The notes under the pieces are model-generated. The model ran no database searches. It saw only the letters and a list, made by a program, of their open reading frames with translations, and had not been told where the DNA came from. A DNA stretch of 64,000 bases from the human T2T-CHM13v2.0 reference genome, Homo sapiens, in the NCBI GenBank assembly GCA_009914755.4, contig CP086569.2:13152001-13216000 (forward strand). Reading direction: 5' to 3'. A program made the position numbers and the translations under genes. Each line of letters starts with the position of its first letter. Positions within the stretch are counted from its first letter, which is position 1. Positions 41,009 through 54,744 of this stretch are shown here, in pieces.

Positions 41009-41839
41009 TTAAGAAAGAGATTGGCTTACCTGCTATTAGCAGAGTTACCCTGGGCTCCCATGTAGTGACGGCAGATGGGGCCGGGGGCACTGGGCTCCAT
41101 CAGTCTTCAGTGGCCAGGCCATGGGGCTGCAGCAGTATGAGTGCCTTTTTACTCTTTGCTTTTCCAGGGCCTTGAGGAACCGGCCTGTTAGCTTGCTTGT
41201 TAAGAGGGCAATCAGATTTCCAGTAACCAGTTTGTTGGGAGGCTGGCCAAGGCGTTTTTGGCACTTGCAGGTTAGGGCACGCTCAGGCCTACTGGCCTTC
41301 TTTGCTGCACTTAAACAGGGACCAGGAGGGTCACTGCTATTGGGTCTTTTGTGCCCCTAGGCAGCCTGGGTAGGCTGATGAATAGCTGCTGCTAAGAGCT
41401 GGTATTTAGCACAATCTCGTTGGGCTTTATCTAATTTATTTTGCTCATCTCTGTTGCTGAAGACCTTACAGGCCAGGTTAAGGAGGTCTTGTTGAGGGGT
41501 TTGAGGGCCGTCTTCTACCTTTCCGAGCTTGCACCATATGTCAGGAGCAGACTGAGAGATAAAATGGGTATTAAGAACAATCTTTCCTTCCCGGGAGGTG
41601 GGGTCAACATGGGTGTGTTTTTGGAGGGCCTCTGTAAGGCAGGAAAGAAATTCAGTGGGATTTTTGTTGGCCCTTTGGGAGATTTCTTTAAGTTTTTTAA
41701 AGTTTATGGCTTTATGGGCAGCTTTGTTGAGGACTGCGGCAAGGCAAGTGATCGTGCCGTTAGGAGATGCCCAGCCAGGATCTGTGGGTTGATAGTCCCA
41801 GGAGAGTTTTCCCGGGGTACTGCAGTGGCCCCCATGGGC

Positions 41840-42470
41840 TTAGTAGGGTCTTGCTGATGAAGATTGTTGGCATGTGCCTGAGCTGCAAGCCACACTTTTT
41901 TTTTTTTTTTTCCCTGGGAGGACTGCAGAAGAGAGGATAATTTGGAGATCATGCCAAGTGAGTTTGTACGATTGGGTAAAGTATTTGAGCTTTTTGATGG
42001 AAGTGTCAGGATTGGAGGAAAACGACCTGAGACGTTTCTTAATTTGGGAAAGGTTGGAGAGGGAGAAGGGAATGTGGATATGAACGATTCCTTTAGCCCT
42101 GGACACCTCTTGGAGGGGAAGTAAGGGGGCCGACTTGGGCGTGCTGAGTCTGAGAGCGGGTGTGAGGTGGAGATGAGAAGGAATCAGAATCAGAAGCTGG
42201 GTGGTTGGAAAGAGTGGGGAAAAGAGCGAGGGCAGGAGCGTAGGGTGGAGGGTCGTGATGATTGGGCAGAAGATTATCATGTTGACTGGGCCGGGAGAAG
42301 TCGGCAGGGTCAAAGGAGGAGGAATTGTCAGAAGGAAGGGGGAGCTGAGGATGTGTCTGGCTTGGAGCAGGTGAAGAGGATTTGGAAAGCGGAACAGGAC
42401 TGACAAAGGGAGGGGTGGCTACGGAGGGCAAAAAAGGCCTGAATATAAGGGATTTCAGACCACTTGACAT
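41840..42470 (-). pseudogene. gag p12 (PPPY late domain) and capsid N-terminal region
   Basis: ORF 42093-42470 proline-rich with DPPPYAP; ORF 41840-42406 …PLQEVSRAKGIVHIHIPFSLSNLSQIKK… ~ gammaretroviral CA N-terminus. Confidence 0.7.
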
Positions 42471-43089
42471 TGCGATAGGAAAAGTTGTCTAAGTCCCTGA
42501 GGATGTTAAAATTGGAAGTGCCATTTTCAGGCCATTGGGAGCCATTGTTTAGTTTATATTGCGGCCAGGCAGTGTTACAAAAAAGATGAGCCTTTTTGGC
42601 CGAATTTCGGAACGGAGGCTAAGGGCGTTAAGGTTACGGGGGAGACACTCGAGGACGGGATGTTTCGACGGAGTGGATTGGGAGGCTCCTATAGTGGAAT
42701 GAGAAAGGCAGAGGTAGAGACGGGAGACTTGGCCAGAGACCAGAACGGTGGGAGAAGGCATCCCTTGTCCCATGGTTCAAGTCGGATAAGTGGATATCCC
42801 CCCGTTCAGGCGTCCCTGAAAGAGAGATACCGAGGGCCTAGAGGCTGGGAGGGGGGAACCCTTGGCCCAGCGCTGGGTCTTTCGGGAAGGAAAGAGCGGA
42901 CAAGGGTTCCAGACTGAAGACAAAAGTCTCCTTTACTCAGGCCTGACACGGCCCCGGTGTTGGATGTTATTGCTAGCAATGGAAAAGCTGTATGAAATCC
43001 TCGGGTCTCTAGCAGATTCTGGAAGGAGAAGTTTGGCTAGGAGGAGCTGGGAAAGTAGAAGGGGAGAAAGGGAGGCCGAACTCTACCAT

Positions 43090-43109
43090 CTTCCCGGGTT
43101 TCAGCACCA
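43090..43109 (-). promoter_or_regulatory. primer-binding site complementary to tRNA-Phe 3' end
   Basis: minus strand TGGTGCTGAAACCCGGGAAG vs expected TGGTGCCGAAACCCGGGA (1 CpG-type mismatch). Confidence 0.7.
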
Positions 43110-43113
43110 GGAT

Positions 43114-43565
43114 GTAAAGGATCATTGGAAGGACAGTTGAGAAGGGAATGAGGCCAATAAAGCCAAGTTCAGGCAAGCTGATTTATTGTCAGTCCTGCGG
43201 GACTACCTCTTGAGAAAACCAGAGGAGGCAGCCCGACTTACAGACTGTAGGGTTTTATAGGGCCAGAACCAGGTTGGGGTGCCGGAGCTGAGTCGGGGGT
43301 GCAGGAGAACTGGGTCGGGGTTGGGGATCTGAGTCAGGGGTGCAGCTGTCTTGACCTCACCCTGGAGATGTTTCTTGCCGGCTTTGTTATGCGAGGTTAA
43401 CACACATGTGAACCGCATCCTGTAACTGTCTGCACAGTTACTGGAAGGGTCAGTGAAGGAGGGGTTTCTCTTTTGCCCTGGGGGATCTGTGGAGAGAGTG
43501 CAAGAGACTGTATTGTAAGGTCTGTGGGAGGGGAAGGGAATGGTCTGGTCAGGGTGACCCTAACA
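43114..43565 (-). repeat. 5' LTR of HERV-F-like provirus
   Basis: aligns with 37039-37463; ends …cctttaca tcc TGG(PBS). Confidence 0.7.
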
Positions 43566-43721
43566 GGGGGCATATGGAAAAATCTCTGCACCTTGCTTTT
43601 AATTCAGCTATGAACCGAAAACTGCTCTAAAAACTAAAGTCTATTAAATGCTATATATTAATGATAATATATTGATATTTATAGGTAAACATATAGAATG
43701 CCTACCCTGTCCCAGGCACTT

Positions 43722-44003
43722 TCTTCTTCTTTTTTTTTTTTTTTTTTTTCTGAGATGGAGTCTCAGGCTGGAGTTGCCCAGGCTGGAGTGCAGTGGTGTG
43801 ATCTCACCTAACCGCAACCTCCACCTCCTGGGTTCAAGAGATTCTCCTGTCTCTGCCTCCTTAGCAGTTGGGATTACAGGTGCCCACCACCACACCCAGC
43901 TAATTTTTGAATTTTTAGTAGAGATGGGGTTTCACCATGTTGACCAGGCTGGTCTTGAACTGCTGACTTCAAGTGATCCGCTCCCCACCTAGCCTCCCAA
44001 TAC
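43722..44003 (-). repeat. Alu SINE
   Basis: long poly-T then reverse-complement Alu. Confidence 0.85.
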
Positions 44004-44224
44004 ACACTTTGGATATAGTAACTCAGCCCTCACCACAACACCATGAGGGAACAACTCCCATTACTTCCTTTTCACAGATGAGGAAACCAAAGCACAGGCA
44101 GTGACCACACTGAGAAGCCACAAGAGAAAGTGGTGAGGACTAGGCACTAGCAGGGGAAAAGACCTTCCTCTATAATTTAAGTGAGAAAAGCAATGTGTCT
44201 ATTTAGTTATTTCAGTGCTGCTAA

Positions 44225-45200
44225 ACAAACTGAGATAGGCACACATAAAGAGAAAGAAAAAGGAAGGCAGAAGAGGGGAGAGAGAGAAACACAGAGAAGA
44301 GAGAGGAGAGAAACACATAGAGAATGAGAGCGGGAATGAGAAAAACAAGAGAAAAAGAGAAAAATGCGAGAGGCAATCAGAGTCAGAGAGAGACAGAGAA
44401 AGAGAAAGGTACAGGGAAAGAGAAAAAAGAACCATGCAGAAAAAGAGAGAGCAAGAGAGAGGGAATCAGATGGAACAGACAGAAATACACAGAGGCAGAG
44501 ACTGAGAGAAAGAGGGGGGCCAAACACACGGATAATGAGACAGAAACTGAAACCGTGACAGGGACCATTAGAGAGATGCAGAAGACACTGGAGAGAGAAG
44601 GAGTAATACAGAATGAGAATCACAGAGAGAAACAGAGAGAGAGGAGACAGAAACACAAATAAAGAGAGAGGGAGAAAGAGAGTGAGATATAAAGGAGAGA
44701 AAGAGGGTGACACAGAGAGGAGAGAAAGACAGTAAGAGAGGAGAGAGAGAAACAGAGTGAGACAGAGAGGACAGAAAGACAGACAACAGAAAAGATGTGA
44801 GACAGAGAGGAGAGGAACAGAGTGAGACAGAGGAAAGAGAAACAGTGAGACAGAGAGGACAGAAAGACAGTGAGACAGAGCAGAGAAAAAGACAGTGACA
44901 CAGAGGAGAGAGTAAGATGAGAGAGAGAAAAAGAGTGAGACAGAGAGGAGAGAAAGAGACAGAGGAGACAGAGTGAGAATGAAAGTAAGACAGAGGAGAG
45001 AGACAGAGGAGAGAAAGAAAAAGTGTGAGACAGAGGAGAGAGTAAGAAAGAAAGTGAGACAGGAGGAGAGAGAGAGAGGAAAGAGAGAAGGAAAGTGAAA
45101 CAGAGGAGAAAGATACAGAGAAAGACAGAAAGAGGAGAGTGAGAAAGAGGAGAGAGAGGAGAGGAGAGTGAGACAAAGAGAGAACTACGCACACAGAGGG
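44225..45200 (+). repeat. GA-rich polypurine tract / degenerate ~25-bp minisatellite (gtgagacagagaggagagaaagaca)n, ~1 kb
   Basis: near-pure purine + strand; ORFs 44207-45231 are low-complexity artefacts. Confidence 0.9.
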
Positions 45201-46217
45201 AATGAGAGAAGGCTGAGGCAGATACTCTCACATGTTAAGTTGGAGTGAGATGGAAGATGTCAGGGATTTTTCTCACTGTTTTTCTTCTCCTCCTCTCTGT
45301 GTAAGCTTCCCAAGTGCACGGGACTTTTCTTGCCTCTGAGTTTCCTTCTGTATCCCTAGAGCCAGGAACAAAGGCTGCCACCTGGGATGCACTCCTTAAA
45401 TATAAGTTCAAGAAACACAAGGGAGAGCAGATGCTTTTTCTTTGATGCCAAGGCATGACTTTTATAAGCAAGACAATTTGACGCTCACAGAATTTCAAAC
45501 AGCAACAAACACACACACGCATTCCTGCTTGCTCTTCCCTCTGCAGGCTCCATGAGGAGGCAGGGGCTAGACAGCTGGTGGTTGTTCTAACAGAGTCCCC
45601 AACACCAGACTTGGGAGTACAGCCACACGAAGCACCCAGGAAACCCACAGCTCAGGAGTGCAGCAAATGCTTATGCTTGAACATGACTTATTACCCACAG
45701 TTATGATGGCCATAAATAATGATTCCACAAGACAACATTTACCACCCACAGAAACTTCATGGAAAAACCACTTCACCATAAAGAGCTCAGTGACAAAATA
45801 AACAAATAAAAACACAGATTTGTACAAAGCCCAAGAAAAACCACACAGAAAATGACCGTTGTATCTGGTAATGCTCCAAGCCAAAATGGAAAATGTTGGA
45901 AGTGAGGGAATGCAAATAACTTTCGGAATCTATGATCTTTCATTGCCCATCCACTCAAATTTTTGGAATCTATGATCTTTTACTGCACATTTGTCCAATT
46001 TTTTATGAACTTTGAAAAAAATCTATGTTCAAAAGTTTAAAACTTATATAATTTTTATAATATATTGCCCATTTCTTATGCTGTTTCTAAATATTCTTCA
46101 GTGTTTTGTTTTGTGATTCTTTTTTTCCTTTAACTGAGACCTATTTCTTTAAATCTTCATGGTGGCCTAAGTCTTCTTATAACATGAGGTTTTTTCAAGT
46201 TTTAAAAAACCCAGGGT

Positions 46218-46498
46218 CTGGGTGCAGTGGTTCATGCCTGTAATCCCAACACTTTGGGAGGCTGAGGCAGGTGGATCACCTGAGGTCAGGAGTTTGAGAC
46301 CAGCCTGACCAACGTGGTGAAACTTCCTCTCTATTAAAAATGCAAAATTATCCAGGCGTGGTGGCTCAGGCCTGTAATCCCAGCTACTCCAGAGGCTGAG
46401 GCAGGAGAATCACTTAGAACCTGGGAGGAGGAGATTGCTGTGGGCCAAGATCGCGCCACTGCACTCCAGCCTGGGCGACAGAGCGAGACTCCATCTCT
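46218..46498 (+). repeat. Alu SINE
   Basis: Alu consensus. Confidence 0.9.
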
Positions 46499-46877
46499 TT
46501 GAATCTGGGGAAGAACAACTACTATTAAATCATGAAGGTCGACATCAATTCTAAGTTCTACCTGGACAAATAGATGCAAAACATGAAATTATCATGCAGT
46601 TCATGCTCAACAGAGATGTTATGGAGCCCTGTATAAAGCTATTGTGTAGGCACATTCTCTGTTGATTTAAATTAACAAAGAACGTGCTCATATGATGGAT
46701 GTTAAATTACGTCGGATGTTCAATTACATTGACCATATAGGGAATGTGATGGGGTCACACGAAAACATTGTTTAACCCCATTCTGTCTAAGATTCCACAA
46801 CTCCAAGATGAGGGGTACATCTCTAATACTCAGGAGTGTCTGGAGAAGTGAGAATACAATAAATATGTAAGTCTTTG

Positions 46878-47200
46878 GTTAGGTATGGTGGCTCACCTGT
46901 AACACCAACCCTTTGGGAGGCCAAGACAAGAGAAAAATTTGAGCCCAGGAGTTCAAGACTGACCTGGGCAACATAGTGAGACTCCATCTCTACAAAAAAT
47001 TTTAAAAATACAAAAATTAGCTGAGCATGGTGATGTGTGCTTTTACTCCCGGCTACTCCAGAGGCTGAGGTGAGAGGATCGCTTGAGCCCAGGAGATCAA
47101 GACTGCAGTGAGCTGTGATCACGCCACTGCACTCAAGCCTGGGAGACAGAGAGAGACCCTGTCCCCTGACAAAAAAAAAGAAGAAAAGAAAAGAAAAAAT
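46878..47200 (+). repeat. Alu SINE
   Basis: Alu consensus + A/GAA tail. Confidence 0.85.
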
Positions 47201-47532
47201 ATTTATATATATAAGTCTTGTCCCCTAGTCGGCACAAGTTTGTGCATCTCCCATTACTTCCTTCTTACCTCTTCCTTCGTTGTTTTAAGATGATGGATTT
47301 AAAGTGCCCCAAAATGCTCTTTATTGGGCATTAAGTATTAAAGTATTGTATGAATCAAAATGTTCCACCTTTTTCTAAATTTGGCACTAAAAATGGGGGC
47401 ATATATTTGCGATGATCTTCATTCTTGCGTTATTTAATGGTCCATAGAATTGCATGTATTTACTACATTATAAACAGTGTGATAAGTTGATGCAAAAGAA
47501 TGATGAAATAGCAAAAAAAAGATGAAAAAATT

Positions 47533-47700
47533 ATCTGGGTATGATGGTGCATGCCTGTGACACCACCTACTCAGGAGAATCACCTGAGTCTGAGGAAGTC
47601 CAGGCTACAGTGAGCCATGATCATATCACTGCACTCCAGCCTGGATGACAGAGTGAGACCCTGACTCAAAAAATAAATGAAATAAAATAAAAATACAGTA
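47533..47700 (+). repeat. Alu right-arm fragment
   Basis: partial Alu. Confidence 0.7.
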
Positions 47701-47792
47701 CAAATAGTGACATGCTTAGGGCTAAAGATGCTGCAGGATAATAGCTTGATAGTTTTGTAAATCTGCCCAAATTTAAAAATTAAGTTGTAATT

Positions 47793-47963
47793 AGCCAGGC
47801 ATGGTGGCATGTGCCTGTAATACCAGCTACTCAGGAGGCTGAGGCACAAGAATTGCTTGAATTTGGGAGGCAGAGGTTGCAGTGAGCTGAAATCACACAC
47901 TGCACTTCACCCTGGGCAACAGAGCGAGACTGTCTCAAAAAAAAAAAAAAAAAAAAAAACAGT
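47793..47963 (+). repeat. Alu right-arm fragment with poly-A
   Basis: partial Alu. Confidence 0.75.
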
Positions 47964-48314
47964 TGTGGATACAGCATTCACACCTGCTGAACATTTATTT
48001 TGACCAATAAATGATTTCTCAATGTACAAATGCAAATCAAGGAAGTTCAAATTATCAGAGGACATGTCAGAACTTCTCCCTAAATAAAATGTCTGTAAAA
48101 GTGTATTTCCAAATGTGGACCATCTCACCTACAGTGCCCTCCCCTGGAATTTAATATGCAACTCATTATGAATGTTGGGAGCTTTCTCATGATGTCAGGC
48201 TAGTTCCTGGGCATAGTTTCCAGGAAATGAACTTTCTGCAACTGTCTCACCCCATGCCAGAACTTGCTGATTTGCAGCCTGTTCACCTCTTCCTGATTCA
48301 CATCTGCTAATTCT

Positions 48315-48425
48315 ATAATATATATGGTAAATCTATACTATATATACATACCATATATATATACTCACATCATATATACACATACACATATATACACACC
48401 CTATATTTATATACACACACACACC
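48315..48425. repeat. (TATATACACA)-type complex simple repeat; near-identical to 50440-50530
   Basis: seen directly. Confidence 0.85.
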
Positions 48426-48666
48426 CAGTCTTTCTCAGCAACAATAATCAAGAAAATAATTTCCTTGATAGACAAGCAGGATGAACTTCAGAGAGACAGG
48501 TTCTTTAAAACATTCCTAGAGATGCCTTCAGTGTACAATAATTATAATTCTAAAATATTTTTAGTGTGTGATAGGTGAAAAAGAATTGCAGGTGTATGCA
48601 TAAAAAAGGCAGTTGCAATCAGGGAGATAGGTTTGATACTGTTTTGTTTTTACTTCTTTGAATGTA

Positions 48667-48790
48667 TCTTTTTTTTTTTGAGACAGGATCTCACTGTCAC
48701 CCACGCTGGAGTGCAGTGGTGTGATCATAGCTCACTGCAGCCTCAATTCCTGGACTCAAGTGATCCTCCTGCCTCAGCCTCCAAACATGT
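48667..48790 (-). repeat. Alu fragment
   Basis: partial reverse-complement Alu. Confidence 0.7.
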
Positions 48791-49322
48791 GATTATGGAT
48801 GTGATTGGCTGTGCCCAGGCCGAATGTATCATTTTTATAGTAGAATATAATTTGAGCTGTTTCTTTTTAATCAGTGATTTGAAAAACTATTAAAGAACCT
48901 CTGTTGGTAATAGAAGAAAATTACACCCATGCTTAAGATAGGATATTTAAGCTACACTTAAGGAATCAAAGCTTTTTGGTTAAAGTGGACTAGCAAAGCC
49001 AAAATATGTAGGACATGCAGAAAAAATAAATGAAGTATTCCAAGTGTTTCAATTTGACAAAATGTAGGTGAAAGTATTCTATTGCTGAAGACTAAAATGA
49101 ATGCTGAAATACAGCGAGGCATAGACCCTGTCATAGGATATGATTATATAGAGTTATGCATTTTGGTGTCATAACAGAAGTTTGGTGTCATAACAAGTTT
49201 GGTGTCATAACAAGTGCAGTTGACAAGGCAGCTTCATTTTATAATGACACCACTAGAATAGAGAATCTCAGAGATGACTCAACAATAAGTGATTAAAATA
49301 AAATTAGTTAAAAATAATGTAA

Positions 49323-49652
<330 letters not shown>

Positions 49653-50212
49653 ATTTTGTAATCTCAATCAATCAATAAAGGAAAGTGGACACCATCTCCG
49701 ACTTTGCTCCTTTTTTCCTAAGAGATAAAAATGAACACACTAATAACTTTGGAAGGCAAAAATTTTCTCTTCTTTGTGATCAGTGCTTAGAGGGAAACAT
49801 TCATGACCATCCCCTAGGCTGTCCCAACTCCCTGCTCACTAAAAGTCACTAGGAAGGGTGACATGTGGAAATAGCTTCAAAAGACCACACCTGTTCCATT
49901 GGCCTTGAAGTTAGATCATCTATTTCTGCCTCTGCTAAAAATGTAACTCTATCTTTGAAGAAGCTCCTTCCAGTCTCTTAGTCTCTGTTGCCACATATGC
50001 AAGACACAAGGAAGGTTCTCCCCATCTAAGTGGTGTATGTGCCTGCATGAAAAGAAATAGAACGTGGAGCACAGTAGATGCTACACTTTAAAGATCAGTT
50101 TCTCCCTCAGTCTCCTTGGGAACTGCATCTTCCTCACAATCAAAACCTGTAAATTCTACACGTTTTTCTCAGTTTTAGAGTTGAAGGCTGTGAAGTCAGG
50201 AAACCAAAGGGA

Positions 50213-50300
50213 AGTTGCAGTGAGCTGAGATTGTGCCACTGCACTCCAGCCCAGGCCACACAGCGAGACCCTGTCTCAAAAAAAAAGAAAAAGAAAAAAA
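50213..50300 (+). repeat. Alu 3' fragment + A-rich tail
   Basis: gttgcagtgagctgagattgtgccactgcactccagcc…. Confidence 0.75.
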
Positions 50301-50900
50301 TATATATATATATACATATGTGTACACCTACCATGTGTATACTATATATAGACAAAATACATGTGCACCATATATGTCTATACACCTCTGCACACTATAT
50401 ATGTGTTACATATGCCATATACATAAATCTATACCATATTTACATACCATATATATATGCACTCACACCATATATACACATACACATATATACACACCCT
50501 ATATTTATATACACACACACACACCATAACCATCCATATATATTCATATAGTATATATGGGGTGTGCATGTGTTTGTGTTTCTGTGTATATGTAATATAC
50601 ACTGCATATAAAATACTAGTCCACCATATACATCTATACAAAATATATATACCACATAAATATATATCCCTCTCTCTATAGATACATACCCACCATGTAC
50701 ACATAAATCCAACATATATGTACAAGACATATGTGTACACACACATATATACACACATCAATCTACACACCATGTTTTTACACCAGATATATATGCACCA
50801 TTGATATACCATATATACTCCATATATAATACACACTATATATATACATACACATATTTTGTGTGTATATATATATTATATACACACTCCATATATAATA
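50300..50900. repeat. ~600-bp complex TA/CA-rich simple repeat (tatatacaca / catatatg motifs)
   Basis: seen directly; six-frame ORFs of I/Y/T/H repeats are artefacts. Confidence 0.9.
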
Positions 50901-51344
50901 CTATATTTGAAGAGGTTTATCTAAGGAACATTACTCAAGAGGCTTCCTCCATAAATAAAACTAATTCAGCTAATGAAATTCTGCTCACTAACCTGATGGT
51001 ATGGGGGCTTTGGACGGAGGTAACAAAATTTTGCATGTGACAAGGGTATAAAGATTTGTGGCCAGATCTCAGAATCTGGCACTTGTAGGCATATGTCTAC
51101 AAATTTCTGATAGGCAGCCCTGGATAAATATTTTTGTTAGGCAATCATAAATAACTAATACAATGAGCAGACACATATTTGTAAAAAATAATAACAGTAA
51201 TGATTATTTTAATAAAAAATAATAAAAATATATAGCAGGAATTTAACAGTGTTATTTCTGGGTGATAGGAATATAGAGTCTGGTTATTTTCTTCTTACTA
51301 TTTTTTCTATATTATTATTTATTTTATTTTATTTTTTGGAGACA

Positions 51345-51592
51345 AAGTATTAGTCTGTTACCCAGGCTGGAGTGCAATGGTGTAATCATAGCTTACTGCA
51401 TCCTTGACCTCTTGTACTAAAGTAGGGACTACAGGCACATGCCACCACACTCAACTAATTTTTTATATTTTTTGTAGAGATTGGGTTTCGCCATGTTGCA
51501 CAGGCTGGCCTTGAATTCCTGATCTAAAGCAATCCACCTGCCTTGGCTTCCCAAAGTCCTGGGACCACAGACATGAGCCATTGCACCTGGCA
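51345..51592 (-). repeat. Alu SINE (old, AluJ-like)
   Basis: divergent reverse-complement Alu. Confidence 0.8.
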
Positions 51593-52854
51593 CTATTTTT
51601 CCATATCTTTGCTTTTTCAGTTTTTCAAAATGAAACCCTAAAAAGTAGGATGAACAAAGTTTGTCCAGAAATCCTTTTATAAATGTTTGCCTCATTTTGT
51701 CTACTAGCAACTAGGGGTCAGTTTGTGCTCCTGGTGCTATCAGAGTTCCTACCTCTCACTTACATGCAAACATGGGCATGTCTCATTGCTTATTAGCCTC
51801 CTGTACTCGGATGTGCACAGTTCAACATCAATGACCACTCAAGTTTAATTTGTTCCATAGCATTGCCAGGGTGGCATGACTGCCCGTTCCTGGTTCATCC
51901 TGTCCCTTGATGGGACTCCCTATGGCCAAGATGAGAAAGTAGGAAGAAAGAAACCAGTCAGGCAGGCAGTTAGGGTGAGTCTTCACTTGAATCCTTTCAA
52001 ACAAAAGAACAACCTGAAGGAATTGCAGATAAGGGAACTTGCACAGGGGACTTGCCTAAGACATGCCCACAGCTGCACAGATATGAAGGGGTGCACAGGT
52101 GACTTGCCCAGACATGCCAGCAATGGAAAATGCTGTGCTCTAACACATGCGCAGTGAGCAGGATAAAACAGTATAGGGTAACTCAAGCTAAGGGCCTGTG
52201 TATGCACTAGGAGGATGTTGTGGAGCTACCAGCAATTTGCACCATATGCAAATAAGACACCCTGCCCTCATAGGTTTCTTATAAAGGCCTTTGCATTCAC
52301 TGTGAAATAGTAACCCTCTTACAGGCCCCCACTCTGTGATGGTCAGCTTTCTTCTTTTCTTGTTGAAGTTTCACTCCAACCTCACCATTTTGCCCATGCT
52401 CCTTAATTCTCTCGGTCGTGAGAGAAAGAACTACAGGTGATACCTTACAATGAGAGACTGCTACATTGCAGTGCATTGGCGAGAGTATAACAAAGGGGCT
52501 TAGAGCCCAAAGACTTACAGCCAATTTAAATGTCCTAGGACAGATGGGAATGAAGGCAGACAGACATTCATCGACCTTTAAAATTCTTTAAGCAATACAA
52601 AAGCCCAAAAGCCAAACATGAGGTTACAAAATTAACTTATCTTCACCTTCTATGCATCAACCTACTGTATTCTTGGTTTTATTTATAGACTTGTAGCTGT
52701 TAGCTACACAAAATATAAGCATGGTTAAAACCTTTTACGCTAAGGAATTTAGACATTTTTAAAACCTTTTAGCCTAGGAATTTAGAGAATTTTGTTGTGC
52801 TGTAATGCTTTTTACATACTTTTTAGCAATTTGTCCTAAGTTGGCTGAAAATTA

Positions 52855-52872
52855 TATATATATCTGTATATA

Positions 52873-52912
<40 letters not shown>

Positions 52913-52955
52913 GTGTGTGTGTGTGTATATATATATATATACACACACACACATA
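52855..52955. repeat. (TA)n/(GT)n/(CA)n compound microsatellite
   Basis: seen directly. Confidence 0.95.
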
Positions 52956-53581
52956 AATCTCATACCTTGGAGTATTATACCAGGGAGGCTTTGTCATAAG
53001 GTACCTTTATCCTCTCAGTAATTTTCTTTTAATTTTATGGGAAGCAGGAAATTTGTTATGGTTTGGATGGATGTAAAGGGTTGGGTAATAACCCAGGAGG
53101 CAAAAACAGCTTGTTTCACCTGCTATTTAGTCATCTGTGTATCCATCCTTGATTTGGAGGGTCTGAACTAACTCTATCTCTCAAAATCGGCTGCTACAGT
53201 CTCAGGCTCCCATCTCTTCCATGATAGTCCCTGGGTCTAGAGTGAGGGTGCTTGTATAGTTTTAGCAGCAGGGCACTGGCAATGAAAAATAGTTTGGGCC
53301 CAATGGGATGCCAAATAAGGGAGATTTACAGGCTTTCTCAGATTATCTCTGATCATCAGAATACCATGATTCTGGTTTTCTCCGAAGCAAAACAACAAGA
53401 GATAACATTCGTAATTTTGACCATGAAGAGAATTTGTGTGTCACAACAGAAAAAAATAACTTTTTTCATTAGGTTGCCAACTAAAAGCATCATGAATAAA
53501 ATTATAACCTGTTTCATCTTCAGAGAATTCTTGTAGCCAAGAAATAATTCATGATTCCATCTGCATTTAAAAACAAAGGTC

Positions 53582-53890
53582 ACAGCCGAGCACTGTGGCT
53601 CGTGCCTGTAATTCCAGCACTTTGAGAGGCCAAGGCAGGCAAATCGCTTGAGACCAGGCATTTGAGACCAGCCTGGGCAACATAGGAAAACCCCATCTCT
53701 ACTAAAAATACAAAAATTAACAGGGCATAGTGGCACACACCTATAGTCCTAGCCACTTGGGAGGCTGAAATAGGAAGATCGCTTTAACCCAGGAGGTAGA
53801 AGTTGCAGTGAGATGAGATCGCGGCACTGCACTCCAGCCTGGGAAAGAGGGAGATACCCTGTCTCAAATGAATAAATAAGTAAATAATAA
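53582..53890 (+). repeat. Alu SINE
   Basis: Alu consensus. Confidence 0.9.
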
Positions 53891-54744
53891 AAAACAAAGG
53901 TCAGGGCTGGAATCTAGTAACAGATGGTTATAGTTGAAACAACTTTTCTGTCTCTCTAGCCCTCCTTTTCTACTGAAGAAAAAGTATAGGAAGAGCAATA
54001 CGTCTGCAAAATAAGTTTTAGGCTTATTATACTTGAGTATTTGCATAAAGCGCAGCAAGAACTGATTGGTCATATGGGCTCTTCTCAGGCTGGATTTGCT
54101 GGAACTTTACCTAAAACTACATTATTTTAGTCAAAGCCTTGGTCAAATAACCAGTGTTCACAATTGTGTCCTATTTCAAAAGAAAACAGTCCTACTAAAC
54201 TCATGAAAACCACTATATATGGTCATAACATAAGAATAGTCAGAAATAGTTTCCAAATTGTGGAGAAGTCAGGTAGAGAGAAATGTAAATTTTGCTCACA
54301 GGAACATGCAATCCAATCACTCTAAACTGTAAATATCTCAAAAGAAAAAAAAGATGTTAATGTTTCTTTAACCAGAGCAACAGCCTTCCAAACAAGATGT
54401 TGTTTGTTTACCTTGGAACTGCAATTCACATGCAAAGACGTATTTATTGGGCACTGTAAAATCCAACAGCTCCTCACATAGGTACACAGTCAGTCTGAAG
54501 AGGAAAAAGAGGCTCCCTCTTTGTATGTTATCTTTGCATTCCCCAGGTAGCAGGTCCTATATGAACCATTTATATGTCATCACGGAACTCTTTTGGACAC
54601 CATTATTTCCATTAGCTTCAGTTAACATCCCATAGCAAGCGTGTAATTGCCTCTGCTGTCAAAAAGGGTCAAACTCTGTAAACTAATCTCAGATATTTCT
54701 TCTGAGCCAAATATGAGTGACTAGTGGCCCCTAGCACAGGCCTC

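Larger units (their letters stand above)
37039..43565 (-). mobile_element. HERV-F/H-like class I provirus (tRNA-Phe PBS), defective; env largely missing; AluY inserted in pol
   Basis: LTR copies 37039-37463 and 43114-43565 (minus orientation, AATAAA on minus strand); PBS-Phe; gag p12 PPPY + CA, PR, RT homology on minus strand; candidate flanking direct repeat GGGGGC. Confidence 0.75.

Noticed and set aside
41441-41857. Plus-strand 138-aa ORF inside the HERV-F-like provirus
   Set aside because: It is antisense to the proviral gag/pro region. It has no homology I recognise, and chance ORFs are expected in GC-moderate sequence.
44207-45231. ORFs of 168-208 aa on both strands (K/E/R-rich and S/L-rich)
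   Set aside because: Low-complexity artefacts of the 1-kb GA-rich minisatellite. They have no start or splice context and no homology.
50231-50836. Several 75-135 aa ORFs rich in I/Y/T/H/C/V
   Set aside because: Translations of the TATATACA/CATATATG simple repeat.
52030-52130. Imperfect direct repeats gacttgcc(t/c)a(a)gacatgcc(c/a) ×2-3
   Set aside because: Short and not obviously part of a known element or regulatory module. Noted only.
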